DNA from: Polyangiaceae bacterium
Lineage (GTDB): Bacteria; Myxococcota_A; Polyangia; Polyangiales; Polyangiaceae
Assembly (NCBI GenBank): GCA_044222475.1
Contig: JBGANF010000014.1
Coordinates: 33,188 to 97,187, forward strand
Reading direction: 5' to 3'
Length of the DNA stretch: 64,000 nucleotides
The notes under the pieces are model-generated. The model was given only the letters and a program-made list of their open reading frames with translations, had not been told where the DNA came from and ran no database searches. A program made the translations under genes and the position numbers. Positions within the stretch are counted from its first letter, which is position 1. Every line of letters starts with the position of its first letter. This document shows positions 1-9,506 of this stretch, piece by piece.

Positions 1-1
1 C

Positions 2-985
2 GACAAGACCTACCTTCGCACCGAGTTCGACACCATCAAGGATCTGGTGCGCACCGCGCTCGAGCGGCCGGACGAAAAGCGAACGAACCCCGGTGCGGCG
101 ACGCTCCTTCGCGAGATGGTTCGCTCGGGTGTCCGCGTCCACATCTTGTCGGGCTCACCGGAGCAGATGCGCGAGCGACTCGAATCGAAGCTGCGCCTCG
201 ACGGGATCGCGTGGGACAGCTTCACGCTGAAGCCGAACCTCCAGAACATGCTCCGGTTGCGCTTCCGCGCCCTGCGCGATCAGCTCGGCTACAAGCTGCC
301 GGCGCTGCTTCGATCGCGTGCCTCGATCCCGAACGACGCACCGCTACCGGCCGAGACGCTCTTCGGTGACGACGCCGAAGCGGACGCGTTCGTGTACTCG
401 CTCTACGCCGACGTGATCTCGGGTCGGGTCGACGCGGCCGGACTGAGGGCGATCTGCGAGAACGGTCGGATGTACGAGGACGTCCTCGAAGAGGTGCTCG
501 ACGACGCGGCGAAGATTCGACCGGCGGACTCGGTCGCGCGGATCTTCATCCACCTCGAGCGGCAGTCGCCGCCCGACGAGTTCGCCGCGTACGGCCGTCG
601 CGTCGTCCCGTTCTACAACTACCTGCAGGCGGCGTTCGCGATGCACGAGGACGGCTGGCTTCCGACCGAGGCCGTGCTCCGGGTCGCGTCCGAGCTGGTT
701 CTCCTTCATCGCTTCGACGGCGATTCGCTGGCCCGCAGCTACGCCGATCTCGCGCGTCGTGGTCACCTCGCGGGGAAGGACGATGGTGCGTTCGCGACCG
801 CGTTCGCCGCGTGGAAGGAGCGCGAGAAGGTTCCGGCCGAGGCGGAGCTCGAGCGCCTCGTCGGTGCGCTCCCGCGGTACGCCGAGGCGGCGCGAAAATC
901 GGCGAAGCCGGCCCCGCCCTACACGCCGCCCGACTACGCGAAGATGGTCCGCTCGCACACGAAGCGGAAGAAGAAGAAAGGCTAG
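2..985 (+). CDS. HAD-like phosphatase domain protein, 5'-truncated by window edge
   Basis: Frame open from base 2 (DKTYLRTEFDTIKDL...). DKT resembles the end of a DxDKT HAD motif I. ILSGSP and FGDDAEAD motifs; Lys-rich C-terminus. Confidence 0.6.
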   Translation, partial: DKTYLRTEFDTIKDLVRTALERPDEKRTNPGAATLLREMVRSGVRVHILSGSPEQMRERLESKLRLDGIAWDSFTLKPNLQNMLRLRFRALRDQLGYKLPALLRSRASIPNDAPLPAETLFGDDAEADAFVYSLYADVISGRVDAAGLRAICENGRMYEDVLEEVLDDAAKIRPADSVARIFIHLERQSPPDEFAAYGRRVVPFYNYLQAAFAMHEDGWLPTEAVLRVASELVLLHRFDGDSLARSYADLARRGHLAGKDDGAFATAFAAWKEREKVPAEAELERLVGALPRYAEAARKSAKPAPPYTPPDYAKMVRSHTKRKKKKG

Positions 986-1021
986 CTTCAGCGCGAGGTC
1001 TCGGGGCCTGCCCCCCTGCGA

Positions 1022-1151
1022 GAATTGTTAGCCGGCAGACGTGCCGGGGCAGAGGGGGCGGAGGGGGTCCGGGGAATTGTTAGCCGGCAGACGTGCCGGG
1101 GCGGGGGCGGAGGGGGTCCCGGGAATTGTTAGCCGGCAGACGTGCCGGGGC
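1022..1151 (+). repeat. Three direct copies of 29-bp GAATTGTTAGCCGGCAGACGTGCCGGGGC (REP-like) with similar G-rich spacers
   Basis: Identical copies at 1022-1050, 1074-1102 and 1123-1151. Internal hairpin CCGGCA-GACG-TGCCGG. Lies between two convergent stop codons. Confidence 0.95.
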
Positions 1152-1163
1152 AGGGGCCCGCCG

Positions 1164-1757
1164 CTAGGTCCAGTGACCCGCTCGGAGGGCCGCCACGTCG
1201 ATGACCTTCACCTTCGGTCCGAGCGCTTCTCGGAAGCTATCCTCGTCTTCGTCGTCCATGATCGCATCGCCGAATCCGGCCGCGATCTCCATGGCGGTCG
1301 CCAGGATGCGAAGGAATTGAGCAAAGCTCGACGCGGCGAGCGTCGGCACCCAGCGATCTTGGCCGCTCATCGCGGTGTAGACCGGACAGTCTCCCTCGGG
1401 ATCGGGCTTCGAGACGTCGAGGAAATAGGGGTCGCCCAGGAGCGAGCTCTCCGCAATCACGACCCAACTCGGCTTCCACTCGCCAGCGGGCACCGATTTC
1501 CCGATCTCGTCCGCGGGGAGCAACCGAACGCGCTCGACCGGCGTCGCGGTCTCGACCTTCGTCGGGTTGGCTTCCAGGAGAAAATGGCGATATCGCGGCG
1601 GGATTCGGAGCTGCTTCTTCAGCGACTCGACGAGCTCGGCGGGGGCTTTCTCGAAGGTGGCGGCGATCTTTCGTTTCGCGAAAACCGTCTTCAGATTCTC
1701 GAGTGAATCGGCCAGATCGCTGTCCAAATGGTCCTCGCTCGGTCGCTTTGTTAGCAA
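1164..1757 (-). CDS. SMI1/KNR4 (SUKH) family protein
   Basis: LRIPPRYRHFL and VVIAESSLLGDPYFLD motifs, ending LAASSFAQFL, all typical of SUKH domains. Confidence 0.75.
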   Translation of the reverse strand: MLTKRPSEDHLDSDLADSLENLKTVFAKRKIAATFEKAPAELVESLKKQLRIPPRYRHFLLEANPTKVETATPVERVRLLPADEIGKSVPAGEWKPSWVVIAESSLLGDPYFLDVSKPDPEGDCPVYTAMSGQDRWVPTLAASSFAQFLRILATAMEIAAGFGDAIMDDEDEDSFREALGPKVKVIDVAALRAGHWT

Positions 1758-1781
1758 GCCGGGCCACGGCCGGCAATGAAA

Positions 1782-2798
1782 TCAACGTTTGCCAGCGTCC
1801 AGGACCGCAACGCCGGCGTCGGCGTCGACGACTCGGGTGGCGACCGGGCGTGCCCACAGATGGAGCGGGCAGTGCACGCGGCTCGTCGCGCTCGCGGCAT
1901 TCGAGAGGCCACCGAGGGCGCGCAGCGCGTTCATCGGCGCGCGCAGCGCTCGCTCGACGATGGAACGCGCGCTGTCGCTGGCGACCGAGAGCCTCAGATC
2001 CGCGTTCGCGATCTCGTTGCCGAGGGCGCGGACCTCCAGCGTGACCCAAACGTCCTCTTCGGTCGTCGTGCCGAAGCGTCCGTCGGAGCGCAACGAACCG
2101 CACACGGTGGACGTCCCTTCGCCGCCGTCGGGCCCGAACGCCGCGACCATCCACTGGGCGAGGTCGACGAGCACGCCGTCGTCGAGCGCAGAGACGACGC
2201 GCACGCATCGATCCTCGGGCCCGTACACCGTCCCAGGGGCGCACGCGCCGAACGGCGCGCAGCCGACGTCTTTCTTGGGCCGCATGCCGGCACCGCACGA
2301 TTGATCGAGGGGCGCGCACGCGGCGGTGTCGCCGCGCGCGACGAGCACCGTGTCGCCGTCGCAGCCGAGCGTCTCGTCGTCGTACAGGCCCACGCCGAGC
2401 GCCTTCGCCATCCCGCGCTGACTGCCGGTCGGGAGACACACGCCGCTGGCTCGATCGAGGACCTCTCCCGGACGACAGCCGACGAACGTGCACCCGCCGT
2501 TGCTCGGCCGAGCGGCCTTTCCGCAGAACGCGGGCAGCGCTTCGGCGCCCATGCACGCCCCGAAGAACGCCGTTGCGCCATCGGAGCACACGCAGCCGCC
2601 AGCGCCATCGGGCTTCGCGCCGGGCGGGCACGCGAGCGGGATGCACCGCGCGAGGAGCGGCGCGCTGCTCGCGGACCCAGCCGGTTTTTCGATGCTCGCG
2701 CATCGATCCGCACGCGGGCACGCGGTCGCGAAGATTGCGAAGCCTCCCAAGAGCAGCGCCATGGCCAATTGCCGCCGCATGGCGCGCGAAGCTACCAC
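1782..2798 (-). CDS. Cys-rich putative lipoprotein, hypothetical
   Basis: Signal peptide with FATAC lipobox; many Cys/CP motifs. Start uncertain. Confidence 0.6.
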   Translation of the reverse strand: MVASRAMRRQLAMALLLGGFAIFATACPRADRCASIEKPAGSASSAPLLARCIPLACPPGAKPDGAGGCVCSDGATAFFGACMGAEALPAFCGKAARPSNGGCTFVGCRPGEVLDRASGVCLPTGSQRGMAKALGVGLYDDETLGCDGDTVLVARGDTAACAPLDQSCGAGMRPKKDVGCAPFGACAPGTVYGPEDRCVRVVSALDDGVLVDLAQWMVAAFGPDGGEGTSTVCGSLRSDGRFGTTTEEDVWVTLEVRALGNEIANADLRLSVASDSARSIVERALRAPMNALRALGGLSNAASATSRVHCPLHLWARPVATRVVDADAGVAVLDAGKR

Positions 2799-2852
2799 GA
2801 CCCGAGCCAGCGCGTGCTAGCTTCCCCCCGCGCTCGAAAAAGCGCTCTCTGC

Positions 2853-4148
2853 ATGCGAATCGTGGTCGAAGACACTCCCGCTTTCGACGAGACGCTCGCC
2901 GCGCTCGCGGTCCGCGGCGACGACGATCTCGCGCGCGTCGAGCCCGACGTCCGCGCGATCCTCGATGCCGTCCGGCGCGAGGGCGACGAGGCCGTCCTCC
3001 GCTACGCCGAGCGCTTCGATGCTCGCCGCCCGGACCCGATCCTGCGTCGCGACTACGGCGGAGCGGCGGCGCTCGCGCGGCTTCCGCTTCACCTCCGCGA
3101 GGCCCTCGAGCTCGCGGCGAACCGCATCAAGAGCTTCCACGAACGCCAGCGAGATGCGGGCTTTCGCTATACCGAAGGCGGCATCACCCTCGGATGCCGT
3201 GTTCGCCCGCTCGATCGGGTCGCCGTCTACGCGCCGGGCGGAAAAGCTCGCTACCCGTCGAGCGTGCTGATGAGCGCGATCCCGGCCCGGACCGCCGGCG
3301 TCGAGGACATCCTCCTCGTCACGCCGCTCGCTGGCGACGGCGGGCCGACCGACGACGCGCTCCTCGCCGCCGCGCACCTCTCCGGCGTCCACGGCGTGGT
3401 CGATCTCGGGGGCGCGCAGGCCATCGCCGCGGTCGCGTACGGGACGAAGACGGTCCCCAAGGTCGACAAGATCGTCGGCCCCGGCAACATCTACGTCGCG
3501 TGCGCGAAGCGCCTCGTCTTCGGGACGGTCGCGATCGACGGCGTCGCTGGCCCGTCCGAGATCCTCGTCGTGTGCGACGACGAAGCCGACCCGCGTTGGA
3601 TCGCCGCCGACCTCCTCTCCCAAGCCGAGCACGACGAGGCGGCGTATCCCCTCCTGGTCTGCACCTCGGGTTCCATGGCCGAGGCCATCGCCGAGGAGCT
3701 GACCGCCCAGGTCGCGACGCTCCCCCGTCGCGCCATCGCCGAGGCCTCGCTCGCGGCGCATGGGGTCGCGTTCGTGGTCAAGAGCCGTTCCCGCCTCGCC
3801 GAGGTCGCCGACCGCCTCGCCGTCGAGCACGTCAGCCTCCAAACCCGCGACCCGGAGGCCCTGCTCCGCCAAATCCGCAACGCGGGGGCCATTTTCATGG
3901 GCCCCTTGACGCCGGAAGCCGCTGGTGACTATGTGGCCGGCCCTTCGCACGTGCTTCCCACCGGGGGAACGGTCCGGTTCGGCTCCCCCCTCGGCGTCTA
4001 CGATTTTTACGCGCGTTCTTCGGTCATTGGCTACTCGGCCGAAGCACTTTTGGAGCAAGGCGGCGCCATCGCCTCCCTGGCTCGACTCGAAGGTCTCGAG
4101 GCTCACGCACGGGCCGTCGAGGTGCGAACCCTAACGGGTGGGCGTTAG
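2853..4148 (+). CDS. hisD: Histidinol dehydrogenase
   Basis: YAPGGKARYPSSVLM, KIVGPGNIYV, AGPSE, DLLSQAEHD and GDYVAGPSHVLPT motifs. ATG at 2853. Confidence 0.97.
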   Translation: MRIVVEDTPAFDETLAALAVRGDDDLARVEPDVRAILDAVRREGDEAVLRYAERFDARRPDPILRRDYGGAAALARLPLHLREALELAANRIKSFHERQRDAGFRYTEGGITLGCRVRPLDRVAVYAPGGKARYPSSVLMSAIPARTAGVEDILLVTPLAGDGGPTDDALLAAAHLSGVHGVVDLGGAQAIAAVAYGTKTVPKVDKIVGPGNIYVACAKRLVFGTVAIDGVAGPSEILVVCDDEADPRWIAADLLSQAEHDEAAYPLLVCTSGSMAEAIAEELTAQVATLPRRAIAEASLAAHGVAFVVKSRSRLAEVADRLAVEHVSLQTRDPEALLRQIRNAGAIFMGPLTPEAAGDYVAGPSHVLPTGGTVRFGSPLGVYDFYARSSVIGYSAEALLEQGGAIASLARLEGLEAHARAVEVRTLTGGR

Positions 4149-4209
4149 TAGCCGTGCGAGGACCGACGGTACGTAGTTCAGTTAGTTGATATCGTTACGA
4201 AATGTGTTC

Positions 4210-4225
4210 TGGATTCATTCTTGCT
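4210..4225 (+). promoter_or_regulatory. Candidate sigma54 (-24/-12) promoter of the metalloprotease gene
   Basis: TGGATTCATTCTTGCT has exact GG-N10-GC spacing with TTGCT, inside an AT-rich intergenic region. Confidence 0.45.
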
Positions 4226-4317
4226 TCCAGTGCACGCGCCAGCTCTACCGGCTGTGGTGCCGGGCGGGACGGACAAAGTCACTGGGCAGATAGGTTCTGT
4301 TCATTTTGGAGGTTCGG

Positions 4318-7300
4318 ATGCAACCGAAGTGGAAAGCGCGTCTAGGGCTCATCGGGCTCGCGGGCGCCGTAATGTGGGCATCGGCAGGGTGCGCCCAAGA
4401 AAGAGACGCCATCAATCGCGTTCAGTACAACGCGATGGATAAGGGTTTCTTCGTCGGGCAAAGCCTGTCGGATCCGACGGACGACCCCGAGTTCTACATG
4501 CGCAACACCGTCACGGACGTCCCGTACGGCGCCATGCAGGATGGACTCTTCACCGCGACCTACGCACAGCCGGTCACCCGCGTGAAGTGGGAGATCAGCG
4601 AGGACGCGCTCATCGCGCGCCTCACGTACGAGAAGGTCAAGGACAGCGACTTCTACGGCGCTCGGGACACCGACAAGGGCCAGGTCGTCGCGATGTTCGC
4701 GATCCAGAGCCACTTCGACATCCGCCGCGCGTACAACCCGCAGACGGGCGAAGAGCTCAACGTGATCGAGGAGAACACCTCGGACCGTCCGTGGTTCCAG
4801 CGCCAGTACATGCGCGTCGACTGGTCGCGCAACATGGTGACCGACGGCTACGAAGTCGACACCCTGTCGCAGATCGGCATCTTCGGCGGCGTGAAGTTCG
4901 AGCCCGTCAGCTACGCCGTCATGGATCCGGCGAACGCGGACGCGCCGGCCTTCGACGAGAAGAACGGCTACTTCGACGTGACGACGAAGGCCTACGCGAC
5001 GCCGCAGAACATCGACACCCCCTGGGGCGAGTTCCCGGCCTGCTTCCTCCCGGCCGACTACGGTGGAACGTACCCGGTCGGTAACTGCAACCCGACCGAA
5101 ATCACGCTCCGCCTCTCCTTCAAGAAGGTGGTCGACACCGATTTCGAGCCGTTCGATCAGACCGGCATCCGCCAAGAGGCGTTCGGTTGGTTCACCGAGG
5201 ACCGCAACGGGTACGACCGCCACTACGGCGTGCTCGACCAGAAGTGGCACCGCTTCGCCGCCAAGTACAACATCTGGCAGAAGAGCCACATCGAAGGGAC
5301 CCAGTGCGCGGTCGACTACTGGCGCGACGCAAAGGGCAACATCGGCAAGTTCCAGGTCGACGGCAACGGTGACTTCGTCGTTGGCCCGAACGGCCTCCCG
5401 GTCGCCGACCCGAACGGCAAGCCGTTCCCGGGAACGCCGATCGGCGCCGACGTGCACCGTCTCGCGAGCGACGGCAAGACCGAGGCTGACTGCGCGTTCA
5501 CCGATGGTAACGGCGCGATCATGCACCCCGGCTCGACCTGCGACGAGTTCGTGCACAAGTGCACGATCCCGCTCCGCGACCGCAAGACGAAGACGATCCC
5601 CTGGTACTACGGTCCGGGCTCGCCGTCGGACCTCTTCCCGTCGACGAATCACTCGGTCGACGCCTGGAACATCGCGGTCAAGCGCGCCACCCAGATCGGC
5701 CAAAAGGCCGACGCGGAGCGTGTCGGCCTCGACGGCTCGGGGTACATCACCAGCGAAGACGATCTGACGAACCGCACCAACGGCGGCGAGTCGATCCCCG
5801 ACATCTTCGTCCTCTGCCACAACCCGGTCATCGAGACCGACAACCCGGCTTGCGGCAAGCCCGGCCTCATCGCCCGCGTGGGTGACCTTCGCTACAGCAT
5901 GGTCAACCTCGTCAACGACCCGCAGACGCCTTCTCCCTGGGGCATCATGGTCGACGCCGTCGACCCGATCACCGGCGAGAAGATCGCTACGAGCGTCAAC
6001 GAGTGGGTCCACATCCTCGACATCGCGTCGCAGGGCACCGTGGACATCCTCCGCTGGATCAACGGTGAAATCACCGACGACCAGATCGCGAGCGGCGAAT
6101 ACCTCCGTGACTGGGCGGCGGTCAGCCAGCTCGGCACGAAGGAGTTCCGCCCGGAGACTCTGTCCAAGGAAGAGATCCAGGCGCGCATCCACTCCTCGAA
6201 CGACGGCCTCGCTGCGCTCAACGGGCTCACCCCCGCTGACCAGGCGGGTCCGAAGGAGCTCCGCATCACCAAGGCGTCGCGCAACCTCGCGGCGGCGATG
6301 GGCCCCTCGGCCACGCCGGACTTCGAGGCCTTCCGCACCAAGGCGATCGGCTCCGAGTTCGAAGCCCGCATGATCACCCCGGACATGATCCAGGCCGCCG
6401 GCATGGATCCGCAGAGCCCGGTGGCGAACAACCCCACGCTCATCAACCGCGCGTCGATGTTCCGCGGGATGAACCCCACCTTCAGCAAGTGGATTCGCCA
6501 GCAGAAGGAAAAGACGATGGCGAAGGTTGGAGCCTGCATGGTCCAGCAGCCGGAGCCGGCGTCGTACGTCGGTCTCGCGCGGCAGGCCCAGAAGCTCTAC
6601 CCGATGCCGGACAAGAACGACCCGAACTTCGCGGCCAAGAAGAGCGCGCGTGATCGTTCGCTCCTCCAGTGGATTCGCGAGCAGTTCCACGTCGCGGTCA
6701 TCGAGCACGAAATGGGTCACTCGGTCGGCGAGCGTCACAACTTCGCCGGCAGCCAGGACTCGCTCAACTATCACCTCCAGTACTGGCAGCTCCGCACCCG
6801 CAACGGCGCCGAGAAGGCCTGCAAGGACGTGATGACCCCGAACGCCGACGGAACGACCTGCGTCGGTCCGCGCTGGATGGACCCGGTCACCGAGGACGAG
6901 GTCAACGGCCTCATCTGGAAGTGGGGCTCCACGACGGTCATGGACTACCCGGGTGACGCGACCCAGGACATGAATGACCTCGGCCCGTACGACAAGGCTG
7001 CGATGCGCTACATGTACGGCGGCGTCGTCGACGTCGACGAAGACGCGGTCGACGGCACCGACAAGGGCAAGGCCTACGTCGGCGTGCTCGACGGCTTCGG
7101 CGGCATCGGCGGGTACACCGTCGGCGACACGCACTACTCGAACTACAACGACAAGTACAAGGTGCTCGGCACCTGCTCCGCGCCGACCGATCCGAAGGAT
7201 CCGCTGAGCGCGAAGTGCACCGGCATCCCGATGCGGTACATCCCGATGCGCGACATGGAGAACGTCGACAAGTACGGAAAGGCCGTCACCGCGGTCCGCC

Positions 7301-8700
7301 CCGACCTCGTCGCGAACTTCGCGCGCACCAAGGACAAGGTCGCGAACGGCCGCAAGCTCATTCGCCACCCGTACATGTTCGGTTCGGACGAGTACGCGGA
7401 CACCGGGAACCTCCCGATCTTCCGCTTCGACGCCGGCGCCGACAACTACGAGCAGATGCAGTACACGATCTCGACCTACGAGAACCGGTACATCTTCGAC
7501 AACTTCCGGCGCGATCGCACCACGTTCTCCTCGCGAGCCGTCATCGGCCGCACCGAGAGCCGGTACCTCGACCGCATCCAGGGGTTCGTCAAGTCGTTCG
7601 CTCTCCTCATCGGCTTCCAGTCGAACCCCGAGTCGGCCAAGTCCGATCCGGGCAACCTGATGCCGCTGTCGATGGCGTGCTCGGACGCCCTCGCGACGTT
7701 CGCCCGCATCATCACGCGTCCGGAGCCGGGTGGTTACAACCTCCGTCAGCCGGTCGACACGGGCATGGTCCTTCCGTTCGGTACGGGCCAGGACATCAAC
7801 GGCCAGATCAACAACCCGGGCGGTGACTTCAAGATCCGCCTCGGCTCCGGTGAAGGCCGCTGGATCCACAACGAGTACGACTACACCCAGGGTTACTACT
7901 GGTCGTCGTACCAAAAGTGGGCGGGCAGCTTCTACGAGAAGAACGACGCGGCGTACTTCCTCTGGGAGGCGTACAACCACTTCGTCCAGAACTCGAAGGA
8001 AGACTACGTCGACGGTCGCTACAAGAACCTGAACTTCGCGAGCGTGTTCCCGGAGCAGATGCGCCGGCTCTTCGCGAACATCATGGCAGGCGACCCGATG
8101 ACCCTCGGCCCGTACATCAACAACGGCGCTGGTGGTCTCTCCAAGGATGGCTTCGGCACGGTCCGGTACCTCCCCTGGGAGAAGTACGACAAGACGGTCG
8201 CGAGCACGGTCAACCTCGACTACCCGGCGAACTCGGTCGTTCTCGACCCGCTCGTCGGCTTCGAGGAGCAGATCCCGCTCATGATCTACACCGCGTGGTT
8301 CGGCATGAGCAACCTCACCAACGACGTCATCAGCCAGATGCGAATCTGGACGCCTGACGGCAAGGAAGCGGTCACGATCCCCGTCTCCGAGACGGTTCGC
8401 TTCCGCGACCCGTACACCGGTATCGTCTACGTCGCCCGCACCTACGGCACGGAGAGCATCAACAGTGCACGTGGTCCGGTCCAGAAGACGATGGGCGCGC
8501 GCATGATCCAGTACGCGAACGAGATGGCCGCCAAGGCGTTCAACTCGTCGGGTACGGTCACCGACAAGGACGGCGTCTCGTACCCCAAGTACGACGTCAC
8601 CGCCCCGAAGGACTTCGCGACCAGCCAGAAGGTCAAGGGCTTCGTCTCGAACCTCGAGTTCGGCCGCCTGCTCTCGAACTACTTCGGCATGGGCATCTGA
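4318..8700 (+). CDS. Large lipoprotein zinc-dependent metalloprotease (metzincin-like)
   Basis: GGAGG RBS before ATG 4318; lipobox SAGC; HEMGHSVGERHNF zinc motif; TVMDY Met-turn; strongly C-ending codon bias. Confidence 0.85.
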   Translation: MQPKWKARLGLIGLAGAVMWASAGCAQERDAINRVQYNAMDKGFFVGQSLSDPTDDPEFYMRNTVTDVPYGAMQDGLFTATYAQPVTRVKWEISEDALIARLTYEKVKDSDFYGARDTDKGQVVAMFAIQSHFDIRRAYNPQTGEELNVIEENTSDRPWFQRQYMRVDWSRNMVTDGYEVDTLSQIGIFGGVKFEPVSYAVMDPANADAPAFDEKNGYFDVTTKAYATPQNIDTPWGEFPACFLPADYGGTYPVGNCNPTEITLRLSFKKVVDTDFEPFDQTGIRQEAFGWFTEDRNGYDRHYGVLDQKWHRFAAKYNIWQKSHIEGTQCAVDYWRDAKGNIGKFQVDGNGDFVVGPNGLPVADPNGKPFPGTPIGADVHRLASDGKTEADCAFTDGNGAIMHPGSTCDEFVHKCTIPLRDRKTKTIPWYYGPGSPSDLFPSTNHSVDAWNIAVKRATQIGQKADAERVGLDGSGYITSEDDLTNRTNGGESIPDIFVLCHNPVIETDNPACGKPGLIARVGDLRYSMVNLVNDPQTPSPWGIMVDAVDPITGEKIATSVNEWVHILDIASQGTVDILRWINGEITDDQIASGEYLRDWAAVSQLGTKEFRPETLSKEEIQARIHSSNDGLAALNGLTPADQAGPKELRITKASRNLAAAMGPSATPDFEAFRTKAIGSEFEARMITPDMIQAAGMDPQSPVANNPTLINRASMFRGMNPTFSKWIRQQKEKTMAKVGACMVQQPEPASYVGLARQAQKLYPMPDKNDPNFAAKKSARDRSLLQWIREQFHVAVIEHEMGHSVGERHNFAGSQDSLNYHLQYWQLRTRNGAEKACKDVMTPNADGTTCVGPRWMDPVTEDEVNGLIWKWGSTTVMDYPGDATQDMNDLGPYDKAAMRYMYGGVVDVDEDAVDGTDKGKAYVGVLDGFGGIGGYTVGDTHYSNYNDKYKVLGTCSAPTDPKDPLSAKCTGIPMRYIPMRDMENVDKYGKAVTAVRPDLVANFARTKDKVANGRKLIRHPYMFGSDEYADTGNLPIFRFDAGADNYEQMQYTISTYENRYIFDNFRRDRTTFSSRAVIGRTESRYLDRIQGFVKSFALLIGFQSNPESAKSDPGNLMPLSMACSDALATFARIITRPEPGGYNLRQPVDTGMVLPFGTGQDINGQINNPGGDFKIRLGSGEGRWIHNEYDYTQGYYWSSYQKWAGSFYEKNDAAYFLWEAYNHFVQNSKEDYVDGRYKNLNFASVFPEQMRRLFANIMAGDPMTLGPYINNGAGGLSKDGFGTVRYLPWEKYDKTVASTVNLDYPANSVVLDPLVGFEEQIPLMIYTAWFGMSNLTNDVISQMRIWTPDGKEAVTIPVSETVRFRDPYTGIVYVARTYGTESINSARGPVQKTMGARMIQYANEMAAKAFNSSGTVTDKDGVSYPKYDVTAPKDFATSQKVKGFVSNLEFGRLLSNYFGMGI

Positions 8701-8722
8701 GACGCGCTGAGAAGCGCTGACT

Positions 8723-8761
8723 GAGCGCCTCGGACCGCAAGGTCCGGGGCGTTCGTCTTTT
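8723..8761 (+). terminator. Rho-independent terminator
   Basis: GAGCGCCTCGGACC-GCAA-GGTCCGGGGCGTTC stem-loop followed by GTCTTTT, 22 bp after the stop codon. Confidence 0.85.
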
Positions 8762-8776
8762 GTGGCCTCGCGACGT

Positions 8777-9313
8777 TCACTGGGTGACGTACTTGCTCAG
8801 CAACTGGTCGACCACCGCGTCGCGCGGGACGGTGTCGATGGCGTACGGAGGGTCGGTCAGGTCGCCGAAAGTCGCGCGAAGGTTGTCGACGTAGAGGAGG
8901 AAGCGCGTGCGCTTCACCTGGAGTGGCTCTGCGAAGTCGACGAAGGTGAGCGTCGAATCCACGAAGCCGCGATAGACGCCGTCGTCGACGAGGTGGCGTG
9001 CCTTCTCGAACGCGTTGTACCCCGCTGGGGTGATCGTGACGACGACCCTGCGCCGGTCGCCATCGCTGCGCCGGCGTTCGACGAACCCACGCTTCTCCAG
9101 GCGGCGCAGCATGACGGCGACGGTGGCGCGGGAGACTCCGAGGCGGGCGCGAAGATCGCGTTGATACACGACGCCGTATTGGCGAAGCGCGGCGCGATGG
9201 CACACGAAAAGGTCCATGCGAGCGGCAGTGAGATTCCACCGAGCCAGATGGCGATTGGCGTGCGCGGTGTACGAAAGGTGAGAGCGCTTGGTGCAGAACA
9301 ACACGCGGTCCAT
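8777..9313 (-). CDS. MarR-family transcriptional regulator
   Basis: QRDLRARLGVSRATVAVMLRRLEKRGFVER...DRRRVVVTITPAG winged-helix signature. ATG at 9313. Confidence 0.85.
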   Translation of the reverse strand: MDRVLFCTKRSHLSYTAHANRHLARWNLTAARMDLFVCHRAALRQYGVVYQRDLRARLGVSRATVAVMLRRLEKRGFVERRRSDGDRRRVVVTITPAGYNAFEKARHLVDDGVYRGFVDSTLTFVDFAEPLQVKRTRFLLYVDNLRATFGDLTDPPYAIDTVPRDAVVDQLLSKYVTQ

Positions 9314-9325
9314 GCGAGCCAATTC

Positions 9326-9340
9326 GCAACATCCGTTCCA
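9326..9340 (-). promoter_or_regulatory. Sigma54-type promoter directly upstream of MarR gene (likely leaderless transcript)
   Basis: Minus strand TGGAACG-GATG-TTGC versus consensus TGGCACG-N4-TTGC. The GC lies 12 nt before the ATG and no RBS is visible. Confidence 0.6.
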
Positions 9341-9440
9341 ACGACGAGCCCCAACAAGATCAACGGCTTTCGCGGATCGATCCCTGGCGCGCGCCACCAG
9401 ACGCCGGCGCCGCGCCACCGCACCGCCGCGAGATGGGAGT

Positions 9441-9495
9441 CGGCTAACAATTCCGAGGCGACGGGGACCCTCCACCCACAATTGTTAGCCGGCAG
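9441..9495. repeat. Inverted pair of the AATTGTTAGCCG motif (same family as 1022-1151)
   Basis: CGGCTAACAATT at 9441-9452 and AATTGTTAGCCGGCAG at 9480-9495; the latter is 16/16 identical to 1023-1038. Confidence 0.9.
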
Positions 9496-9506
9496 CCAAA
9501 CGGCGG

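Noticed and set aside
1022..1151. Mini CRISPR array
   Set aside because: The spacers are only 20-23 bp and nearly identical to each other, there is no leader or cas gene, and the motif also occurs inverted elsewhere.
1776..2852. Long N-terminal extension of HisD
   Set aside because: The Arg-rich segment is antisense to the 1782-2798 lipoprotein. HisD homology starts at ATG 2853.
4342..7980. 1212-aa antisense ORF and other long shadow ORFs (e.g. 21332-24394, 60768-63413, 52069-54555)
   Set aside because: These are mirror frames of high-GC genes with recognisable motifs on the opposite strand, and they carry no motifs of their own.
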